DNA of 64,000 nucleotides, taken from NCBI GenBank assembly GCA_002347045.1, contig DDWV01000001.1, positions 223,381-287,380 of the forward strand. Direction: 5' to 3'. This document shows positions 56,963 through 64,000 of the stretch, one piece after another. The position numbers and the translations under genes were made by a program. The notes beneath the pieces are model-generated. The model had not been told where the DNA came from. It did no database searches and saw only the letters and a program-made list of their open reading frames with translations. Positions within the stretch are counted from its first letter, which is position 1. Every line of letters begins with the position of its first letter. The stretch is from Candidatus Collierbacteria bacterium UBA2277. Its GTDB lineage: Bacteria; Patescibacteriota; Microgenomatia; UBA1400; MFAQ01.

Positions 56963-58074
56963 ACTGTTTTTAGTATTTGTAGTATTTTTTGGGCTGAGAC
57001 TTCCCAGTCAAAACGCTTGGTGTTTTCTTTGCCCTCTTTTATGAGTTTAAGTCTTTCTGAGGAAGAAAGCGAAAGAACTTTGTCGAGAGCTAGCTTGATA
57101 CTATCTATAGACATGGGATCTTCGATATAGATAGCGGACTCTCCTGCTACTTCAGGAAGAGAAGAAACCTTTGAAACTACGATTGGAGTACCAACGGCTT
57201 GAGCCTCAACAGCCGGCATGCCAAAACCTTCATAAAGACTTGGAAGGACAAAGGCTCTACTCCCCTTGATTAAGGCTGGTAAATCGTCGTTTGGAGCAAA
57301 ACCCGTAAAGATTACTCTATGACTTATACCTAAGTTCTTGGCTTGTTCTAGTATTTGTTCGTATAGCCAGCCTTTTTTTCCGCAGATTACAAGCTTTAGC
57401 TGAGGTTTGTCTATCTTTGCAAAAGCTTCAATCAAGCGATTAATGTTTTTTCTTGGCTGGAGAGTACCCCAGTACAAAAGGTAGCTGCCGGTGATACTGT
57501 ATTTCTTTTTTACTGAAACTACTTTTGTTTTGGGTACTTTTCCATGGTAAACCTCTCGATCAAAAGCGGGATAGACTACCTCAACCTTTTCAGGACTTGT
57601 TCCGTATAGCTTAATTATTTCGCTTTTGGAAAACTCAGAGATAGTGATTACTTTTTTGGATTTTTTCACTGATAAAGGAGTCCATTTTTTTAGCTGATTT
57701 ATGTCGTAGTTTGTGAAGTACTCTGTGCCGAATCTCTCAAAACTCATGTCCATGAGATAGATAACAGACTTGGTTGGAGAAAATAACGGAGTGTAATGAC
57801 TAGGAGAAAACAAAACGTCGATCTTGGGCCGGCCAAACCAAAGTCTTTTTGTAAGACTTGTCAAAACCCAAGCTTTTTTGGATCCAAAAATTTCATAAAT
57901 TAAATTATTTGAACCAACTGGCATGTCTGGAAGAGGTCTTTCCTTACCCAGGGCGATCATCTTGTCATCGCCTGAAACCTGCTTTACTAAATGGAAAAAC
58001 GTATTGTAGGCAACTTGATTTACACCAACGCGTTGGGGAATATTTGCTTCGTTGATATCAAAACCTATGTTCAT
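56959..58074 (-). CDS. Family 4 glycosyltransferase
   Basis: 'EGFGMPAVEAQAVGTPIVVS'. Confidence 0.7.
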   Translation of the reverse strand: MNIGFDINEANIPQRVGVNQVAYNTFFHLVKQVSGDDKMIALGKERPLPDMPVGSNNLIYEIFGSKKAWVLTSLTKRLWFGRPKIDVLFSPSHYTPLFSPTKSVIYLMDMSFERFGTEYFTNYDINQLKKWTPLSVKKSKKVITISEFSKSEIIKLYGTSPEKVEVVYPAFDREVYHGKVPKTKVVSVKKKYSITGSYLLYWGTLQPRKNINRLIEAFAKIDKPQLKLVICGKKGWLYEQILEQAKNLGISHRVIFTGFAPNDDLPALIKGSRAFVLPSLYEGFGMPAVEAQAVGTPIVVSKVSSLPEVAGESAIYIEDPMSIDSIKLALDKVLSLSSSERLKLIKEGKENTKRFDWEVSAQKILQILKTV

Positions 58075-59171
58075 TGTATGTTTTCTTTTAACACTTCTAG
58101 ATATACCTGATATGTACTTTCAGCAGCTTTTTCCCAAGTGAATTTTGCTGCTTGCACGAGACTCTTTTCTCTGAGTTCAGCTCTGTTTTTGATAGCCTCA
58201 ATTATACCAGCCGCGATACCCTCTGTACTCTCTGGATCAAAAAGGACTCCAGCCTCACCCACAACCTCAGGAAGTGAGCTAATATCACTAACGGCAACTG
58301 CAGCTCCACAGGCCATTGCTTGAAGAGGTGGAAGACCAAAGCCTTCGTAGATACTTGGAAGAACAAAGGCCAAACAGCCAGAGTAAAGCCCCGGTAAGTC
58401 TGCGTCGGGAATGTAACCTGGCATAGAGACTCCTTCGATCGGTTTGGGAATCTCTCCCCAACCAGTCTTTCCCCCAATTACCAACTGAAGATTTGGATAC
58501 TCTTTTTTTACCAGAGCAAAAGCTTTGATTAATCTTGCTTGATTTTTTCTAGGCTCTAATGTGGAAAGAGTAAAAATATAGTCTTCGTTAATTTTGTAGC
58601 GTTTTTTAATTGTTTCTTGGATATCGATGGACTGGGGACGGTATCGGTCTTCTACACCCTCCGGAATTACGACAATTTTTTCTTCAGGGATTTTTAAGAC
58701 GGAAATTAAATCTTCTTTGGTTGACTGACTTACGGCAATTATCTTGGCAGACTCTCTCATAACCCAGGCAAGACGTTTTTTGTGTGTGTTTCGAATCGAT
58801 TCGGTGGTGGTTTGAGGAAATTTAAAAGGGATTAGGTCGTGAACAGTTGTCACCTTGGGAATTCTGGACGGGGGTTCTGTCCAGTCTGAGGTGTGGATTA
58901 TATCCACCTGACCAACGAGCTTTTCTACCGGGAGAATATGAAGAGAGTTCCAGAGAAAATCCATAAAAGTTGGCGGAAAAGGATATACCTTGGGAATTCC
59001 TTTCAGTTTTTTTATTAGCGCGGATAGCTCACCTCGGCGACGAAGAGAACCTCCAAATAGAACAAACATGTCGTCGGGATAAAGCTTGATTAAGTAGGCA
59101 GCAATATTTTTAGTGTAAACAGACACACCTGTTCCATATATGGCCTGGGAGATGTCGATGGCAATTTTCAT
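58071..59171 (-). CDS. Family 4 glycosyltransferase
   Basis: 'EGFGLPPLQAMACGAAVAVS'. Confidence 0.7.
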   Translation of the reverse strand: MKIAIDISQAIYGTGVSVYTKNIAAYLIKLYPDDMFVLFGGSLRRRGELSALIKKLKGIPKVYPFPPTFMDFLWNSLHILPVEKLVGQVDIIHTSDWTEPPSRIPKVTTVHDLIPFKFPQTTTESIRNTHKKRLAWVMRESAKIIAVSQSTKEDLISVLKIPEEKIVVIPEGVEDRYRPQSIDIQETIKKRYKINEDYIFTLSTLEPRKNQARLIKAFALVKKEYPNLQLVIGGKTGWGEIPKPIEGVSMPGYIPDADLPGLYSGCLAFVLPSIYEGFGLPPLQAMACGAAVAVSDISSLPEVVGEAGVLFDPESTEGIAAGIIEAIKNRAELREKSLVQAAKFTWEKAAESTYQVYLEVLKENIQ

Positions 59172-60472
59172 GGTTTAGGTAGAAAAAGCTGATAATTTCC
59201 GATTTTATCTACCCCGATATAGTTTATTCTAATATACTCAAGGACTCTCCCGCTTTCTAAAGCGATATTTTTACCATCTATCTCGGACTCAAAATCTACA
59301 AGAACGAAGGACTTGGACTTCTCAAGGGACAAGATAATTTTGTCGACAAAGTCTTCTTGACTTAGATACCAAGGAAGCGAAGGAACATAGGTGTAGTTTG
59401 GAGGAATCTTGTCTGAAAGCTGATAAAGAATGTCTGGTGCACCCAAAAGGTATATTTCTATCCCTGGAATTTCTTTGATCTCTTGAACTGCTTTATGAAT
59501 ATCTGGGGTGAGATAAAAATTTCCATAGGGGTGTCTGATGGCAGAGATTAGATTTAGAAGAAAAAGACAAAAAATGAATGAGTAGACGATAATCCCTGGT
59601 TTTTTTTGCAGTAAAGACCAAAACAGGACACCAATCAAAAATACTGGCTGTAAATGTTCGTAGCCAAATCGAGGAAAAAGAAGAAGAACAGATAGAGCTA
59701 TCACTCCAAAATACAAGTATTTTTTGTATTTGATAATTTGGGACACAAGAGGAGCAACCCAGACCAACAAGAAGAAAATCTGCCTTTTTCCAGGCAGCAG
59801 AGAAGCTTCTTTTGGGTATACGGATTGGTTAAACTGGATTGTCAAACGATAAAAGTCTGTGAATATTTCTTGTTTTAGTATAAAAAGAGCAGGAATGGCT
59901 AGGCCAGAAAGACCTCCGAAAAATAGTGACCACGAAAGACCTGAAAAAGAAAATAACAGAATAAGAAGAGCAGGTGTAAATGTGGGTCTAAGTAAAATAA
60001 TTTGCGAGAGAAGAAAGCCAGACACAAAACGGCGAAGATTGTTTTTGGAAAAGGATAAAAATAGCCAAACTGCCAGTAGTAAGTTTACAAACGTTTCAAT
60101 CCAGAGAATGTTTCCTGAAAAATAAACTGATGTTAGGATAAAAAGAATCAACCAAACCAAGGGTTTTTTCACTTTGAAACGATACAGTGAAGCATAGAGA
60201 AAAATATCAGTAAGACAAAGGGTAAGTAAAAAGAGAGCTAAAAGTGGCCAAGGATTAACGGTAAGGAAACTTGGGAGAGAAAATGGGCCGAAGAGAAGAG
60301 AGGGAAAATGTTGGTCGATAATATCTCGATACGGTAGAAAGCCTCGACTGACAAGGTAAGGATATAAAGTAAACTCAGGTGACAAAAAATATCCCCGAGC
60401 CAAGATCAGAGAAATGTGAAAAATTAAGGCTGATGGAAGAAAAGAAACCTTAAGATTTTTTAGAAGTCTCAT
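59168..60472 (-). CDS. Polytopic membrane protein, possible GT-C-type glycosyltransferase (start placed at internal ATG 60472)
   Basis: About 12 TM helices. With the start at 60472 (MRLLKNLK...) the gene begins 1 nt after the upstream GT2 stop instead of overlapping it by 139 nt. Confidence 0.4.
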   Translation of the reverse strand: MRLLKNLKVSFLPSALIFHISLILARGYFLSPEFTLYPYLVSRGFLPYRDIIDQHFPSLLFGPFSLPSFLTVNPWPLLALFLLTLCLTDIFLYASLYRFKVKKPLVWLILFILTSVYFSGNILWIETFVNLLLAVWLFLSFSKNNLRRFVSGFLLSQIILLRPTFTPALLILLFSFSGLSWSLFFGGLSGLAIPALFILKQEIFTDFYRLTIQFNQSVYPKEASLLPGKRQIFFLLVWVAPLVSQIIKYKKYLYFGVIALSVLLLFPRFGYEHLQPVFLIGVLFWSLLQKKPGIIVYSFIFCLFLLNLISAIRHPYGNFYLTPDIHKAVQEIKEIPGIEIYLLGAPDILYQLSDKIPPNYTYVPSLPWYLSQEDFVDKIILSLEKSKSFVLVDFESEIDGKNIALESGRVLEYIRINYIGVDKIGNYQLFLPKP

Positions 60473-61194
60473 TTGGATGTTCTTACTTTTACTGTATGAG
60501 TGATGTAATAAACAGCCTGAAGATAACTTAGAAAAAGACCGTGATAGCCGTCCAAAAAGCCTAGCTTGTAAATATATCGTTTGAAATAGTCTCGCAAAAA
60601 CCACCAAGAAGGAAAGCTTTGCTTTTGTTTTACGGACAGCTCTGAGTAACGATCAATTTTTTCGATAAACTCTGAGACTGTTTCATAGTTTTTGTGAACT
60701 AAAAAGTTTTTTAGCTTACCGGCTTTATTGGTTGTCACGTACTCTTCGTGTACAAGACTTTTCCAAGCTCCATGTCCTTTTTTATAAAGCCAGATGTGAC
60801 AGTCGTCTTGTGGACCCCAGTCGGTGTGATAAATAGGTTTACCCCAGATTAAATTTAGGCGAGGAATAAAGTAGGCTGAGAATTTTTTTGACTTTATCGC
60901 ACTGCGTATCTCTGTTGCTAGATCGGAAGAAACAACGACGTCAGCCTCGAGAGAGAGTATCCAGTCCCCTTTTGCTTCTCTTGCACCAAAATTTCTGGTA
61001 TCTGAAAATGAAGAAAATGGATGGTGAATAACTCTGGCTCCATAATTCTTGGCTATCTCTACAGTCTTGTCTGTGGACCCTGAGTCGACTACTAGAATTT
61101 CATCTGCAAAATCTTTTACTGAAGCGAGAGTTTTGTACAAGTCTATCTCCTCGTTGAGCGTAGGGATAACGACGGTTAGTTTGGCTTTGGCCAT
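60469..61194 (-). CDS. Family 2 glycosyltransferase (start at internal ATG 61194)
   Basis: 'MAKAKLTVVIPTLNEE...ILVVDSGSTD'. The annotated longer ORF would overlap the divergent galE promoter region. Confidence 0.7.
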   Translation of the reverse strand: MAKAKLTVVIPTLNEEIDLYKTLASVKDFADEILVVDSGSTDKTVEIAKNYGARVIHHPFSSFSDTRNFGAREAKGDWILSLEADVVVSSDLATEIRSAIKSKKFSAYFIPRLNLIWGKPIYHTDWGPQDDCHIWLYKKGHGAWKSLVHEEYVTTNKAGKLKNFLVHKNYETVSEFIEKIDRYSELSVKQKQSFPSWWFLRDYFKRYIYKLGFLDGYHGLFLSYLQAVYYITHTVKVRTSK

Positions 61195-61223
61195 AAAAGG
61201 ATTATATTCGATATAATGTACTA

Positions 61224-62201
61224 ATGAATAAATACCTTGTTGTAGGGGGAGCTGGATACATAGGTGGCGTGTGTGTGGAAAAAATGATTGATCAAGGAGA
61301 CGATGTGGTGATACTTGACAATCTAAAAACTGGTCACAAAGAAAATGTGCACCCAAAAGCAGCTTTTTATCAGGGAGACAAAGGAGATGCAGCCTTACTT
61401 GATAAGATTTTTTCTGAACACAAAATTGATACAGTTCTGGACTTTGCAGGTTTAATTCAGGTAGGTGAATCAGTAAAAGAGCCCAGTAAATATTTTCAAA
61501 ACAATCTGGGTCAGGGACTAGATCTTCTTGATGGAATGATGAAAAATAATGTGAAAAAAATCATTTTTTCATCAACTGCTGCCGTTTTTGGGAACCCAAA
61601 AGTAGCACCAATAAATGAGGAAGCCAAAAAAGACCCTATCAACCCTTACGGTGAGTCTAAGTATTTTTTTGAGAGAGTAATCAAGAGATACTCTGAGGCA
61701 TATGGACTTAAATACACAGTCTTTCGCTACTTTAATGCTTGTGGGGCAACAGAGCAAAGTAGAGAGCAACACGCGCAAGAGTCTCACCTAATTCCATTGA
61801 TATTCCAAGCAGCAAAAGGTGAAAGACCAAACATCGCTCTGTTTGGGACAGACTACGACACCCCGGACGGGACTTGTATTCGTGACTATGTGCATGTGTC
61901 TGACTTGGTGGATGCCCATCTTTTGGCGATAAAAAAAATGGAGAGTTCTCCTGCGAATGAATATAATTTGGGAAATGGAAGTGGCTACTCGGTAAAAGAA
62001 GTAATTTCTGCAGTTGAGAAAATTTCGGGGAAGACAGTTCCTGTTGTGATGGCAGAAAGACGGGCAGGAGACCCAGCAAGACTAATAGCTTCTTCGGAAA
62101 AGGCTAAGACCGAGCTTGGATGGGAACCAAAGTATCCAGAAATTGAACAAATAATTGAGTCTGCTTGGAATGCAGAGCTAAATCCACCTTCAGAAAAATA
62201 G
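61224..62201 (+). CDS. galE: UDP-glucose 4-epimerase
   Basis: 'YLVVGGAGYIGG' NAD-binding, catalytic 'YGESKYFFE', 'YFNACGA'. Confidence 0.85.
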   Translation: MNKYLVVGGAGYIGGVCVEKMIDQGDDVVILDNLKTGHKENVHPKAAFYQGDKGDAALLDKIFSEHKIDTVLDFAGLIQVGESVKEPSKYFQNNLGQGLDLLDGMMKNNVKKIIFSSTAAVFGNPKVAPINEEAKKDPINPYGESKYFFERVIKRYSEAYGLKYTVFRYFNACGATEQSREQHAQESHLIPLIFQAAKGERPNIALFGTDYDTPDGTCIRDYVHVSDLVDAHLLAIKKMESSPANEYNLGNGSGYSVKEVISAVEKISGKTVPVVMAERRAGDPARLIASSEKAKTELGWEPKYPEIEQIIESAWNAELNPPSEK

Positions 62202-62203
62202 TT

Positions 62204-62476
62204 TTACTCTAAACTTATTCTCAATTTACTATCAACAGCGCCTGCGTATTGGACATATCTATTTATACTTGTACTGTGTTCACCAGACTCGAGCCTTGAA
62301 ATGGCTGTCTGTTTTGTGCCGAGAATTTTAGCCACATCTGACTGAGTCATTCCAATTTTTAATCTTTTCTCTATTAGTTGACTAATAAGGTCATATTCTG
62401 GCTTGTTTTTTAGATACTCTGCTTTGACTTTTTTGTCTTTAAAAAGTATTGCCTTAAATTCTTTGTATGTTTTCAT
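62204..62476 (-). CDS. XRE-family helix-turn-helix transcriptional regulator
   Basis: 'IGMTQSDVAKILGTKQTAISRLESGE' HTH_XRE. Confidence 0.7.
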   Translation of the reverse strand: MKTYKEFKAILFKDKKVKAEYLKNKPEYDLISQLIEKRLKIGMTQSDVAKILGTKQTAISRLESGEHSTSINRYVQYAGAVDSKLRISLE

Positions 62477-62499
62477 CTTTGTCTTAAATCTAATTAGTT

Positions 62500-62525
62500 A
62501 TAATATAACATTTTTGTTATATTAT
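62500..62525. promoter_or_regulatory. Perfect 11-bp inverted repeat (ATAATATAACA-TTTT-TGTTATATTAT), candidate operator for the XRE regulator
   Basis: Lies 24-49 bp upstream of the XRE gene start and overlaps TATAAT-like hexamers. Confidence 0.45.
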
Positions 62526-62570
62526 TTCAAATTATGTAGTCTTTTTATTCGGGTATCGTTCGGTCAGGTT

Positions 62571-63278
62571 TTAAGCCTTTTTGGCAACCAGCATTAGGCT
62601 TTGGCCAAAAGGAATCGGAAAGTATTTCTCGAGATACAACAGCGGAGTTATTAGTTTGTCAAAAAACTTAGCAAAAATTCCATCGGCATTTGTTTTTGAT
62701 GGAAGCAGACCTCGAAAATACCAAGTGAAGTAACCAGGAAGGTTGACGTACTTTATTTTTTTTACTTGGAAACCAGCTATCTTGGCTTTTTTGATTAAGT
62801 CCTCTTTGGAGTATCTTCTGTAATGCCCCATCGACTCGTCTAGGCTTCCATATATCTCTTGTCTGGCCGGGACAAACAGTAACAGGAGGCCTTTTGGTTT
62901 TAATAGTTTTGAACAGTTTATTAGTGCCTTTTGGTCATCTTTTAAGTGTTCGAAAACGTTGGATGAAAATATAGTGTTGTACCGTACCGAAGTTGACTTT
63001 TCAGAAATATTTTCAATATCAAGACTGATGATTTTATACCCTGCGAGGAACTTAAGCTTCTTAAGGTAGCCAGGCCTTATATCGGAGAGAGTGGTAGTTT
63101 TTTTTGGCAACAGTACTGAGACTCCCCCTAGGCCAGAACCAACCTCTAACAAACTGCCTCCGTGAAGATACCTGGCAAACAAAGAAACTATCCATTGATT
63201 GTAGCCTTGAAGGGCAGTGGCTTGAGACAAAATCTGGTGACTATTTTTTGTCCAGGATTTTTTCATATTGCTGTGCAA
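62571..63278 (-). CDS. Class I SAM-dependent methyltransferase
   Basis: Motif I 'LLEVGSGLGG'. Located in the glycan cluster. Confidence 0.7.
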   Translation of the reverse strand: MHSNMKKSWTKNSHQILSQATALQGYNQWIVSLFARYLHGGSLLEVGSGLGGVSVLLPKKTTTLSDIRPGYLKKLKFLAGYKIISLDIENISEKSTSVRYNTIFSSNVFEHLKDDQKALINCSKLLKPKGLLLLFVPARQEIYGSLDESMGHYRRYSKEDLIKKAKIAGFQVKKIKYVNLPGYFTWYFRGLLPSKTNADGIFAKFFDKLITPLLYLEKYFPIPFGQSLMLVAKKA

Positions 63279-64000
63279 TTTTTGTCCACGAATATCTTTC
63301 TGCTTGAGAAATCTGAGTAGATTTTGTTTTCTTTTTTAGGGCTAGTTTTAAGGCATTTGAGTATTCTTTTGGGTCTTGGGGGTCTTTTACATATATTCCA
63401 GTTTTGCCTAGGATTTCCCGACGACTGCTATCGTCAGTAACTACGCAGGGTAGCCCAGAAGCAAGCGCCTCAAGATATACAATACCAAAAGCTTCACTGC
63501 TGTCGGAGCAAAGTGTAAATACTTTAGACGACCGATAGATACTTGGCATGTCAGAGTGACTAACTTTTAGTCTTTTGTATCTGTTACCCAAAAGACTTTT
63601 CCCCAACATGTCTTCTTCTGTCTCTTGGGGGCCTGTACCCAGCACTAAAAGTGAGGCGTTTTTTATCTTGGACGCTGCACGAATAGTGTCGGGAATTCTT
63701 TTACTTTTTATGGCTGCAGCGACAGCCAAGATAATTGGCTCTGGTAAGTCTATAACACGCTTTGTTCCTCGAGGAGAGTATTCATCTAAATTTACGCCAT
63801 TGGGAATCACGACTATTTTTTGATTTTTCCAAGGGGTAGCTTTTTTGGCCCATTTGGCTTGGGTCTTGGTAAGAGCAACAAAAATATCTGGGTTTACATA
63901 CAAATTTATTTTGTCATTCCAGCCCGGACCGGACTGACCGGCTACAATAACCCTTGCGTTTATAAGGCTTGAAAAAGCTCTAAGTATCAGCACTTGCCAG
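63241..64000 (-). CDS. Family 4 glycosyltransferase, C-terminal part (5' end beyond window)
   Basis: 'SEAFGIVYLEALASGLPCVVTD'. ORF is open to the window edge. Confidence 0.6.
   Translation of the reverse strand, partial: WQVLILRAFSSLINARVIVAGQSGPGWNDKINLYVNPDIFVALTKTQAKWAKKATPWKNQKIVVIPNGVNLDEYSPRGTKRVIDLPEPIILAVAAAIKSKRIPDTIRAASKIKNASLLVLGTGPQETEEDMLGKSLLGNRYKRLKVSHSDMPSIYRSSKVFTLCSDSSEAFGIVYLEALASGLPCVVTDDSSRREILGKTGIYVKDPQDPKEYSNALKLALKKKTKSTQISQAERYSWTKIAQQYEKILDKK

Noticed and set aside
1-64000. Search for CRISPR arrays, rRNA genes, IS elements or integrases
   Set aside because: No regularly spaced direct repeats, no rRNA-like conserved blocks, and no transposase or integrase-like ORFs were seen. 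The only RNA gene found is tRNA-Val.

Overview
This 64 kb window looks like a low-GC, gene-dense bacterial chromosome segment. It uses the standard genetic code and has frequent 4-nt overlaps between adjacent coding regions. The gene content (compact division-and-cell-wall cluster, many glycosyltransferases) is compatible with a small-genome Patescibacteria/CPR-like or Gram-positive-like lineage. I cannot assign a taxon from sequence alone. Three blocks dominate.

(1) Glycan-assembly island 1 at 298-10522. It holds a Wzy_C/O-antigen-ligase-like membrane protein, a PMT/ArnT-like GT-C glycosyltransferase, three GT2, two GT4, a Wzx-like flippase, an acyltransferase_3 and a SAM methyltransferase. 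It is flanked by genes for Ig-like surface proteins.

(2) A housekeeping stretch on the minus strand. It runs parB - rpmA - THUMP-type methyltransferase - rplU - SEDS (RodA/FtsW) - ileS, with lepB and a tRNA-Val(CAC) nearby. Further along is a compact division-and-cell-wall cluster: mraZ - rsmH - ftsL - ftsI - dgkA-like - mraY - ftsW - murG - ftsQ - ftsA - ftsZ. Downstream of ftsZ come DUF4342, a LapA-like protein, a NUDIX hydrolase, YggT and several small membrane proteins.

(3) Glycan island 2 at 44157-64000. It contains a DUF4012 protein, an initiating phosphoglycosyl transferase, a ManC-like nucleotidyltransferase, seven GT4, three GT2, a second PMT-like GT-C plus Wzy_C pair, a hexapeptide acetyltransferase and GalE.

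Notable non-coding signals are listed below.
- A candidate compact T-box leader upstream of ileS. It has a T-box-like motif, an AUC specifier candidate, and a terminator hairpin ending at the start codon.
- A LexA/Cheo-like box overlapping a sigma70-like promoter in front of a small-ORF / Y-family polymerase operon.
- Tandem AAGTGGTGA repeats (10-bp period) overlapping the mraZ promoter.
- An 11-bp perfect inverted repeat in front of an XRE regulator.
- Several intrinsic terminators.

Other observations worth a second look:
- A ~46% GC orphan gene with a near-consensus promoter and ribosome-binding site next to the tRNA.
- An RNHCP-motif gene with no canonical start codon.
- An unannotated 47-codon membrane-protein gene.
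- A large secreted LamG-lipase-Ig protein.

I found no CRISPR array, rRNA gene or obvious transposase.
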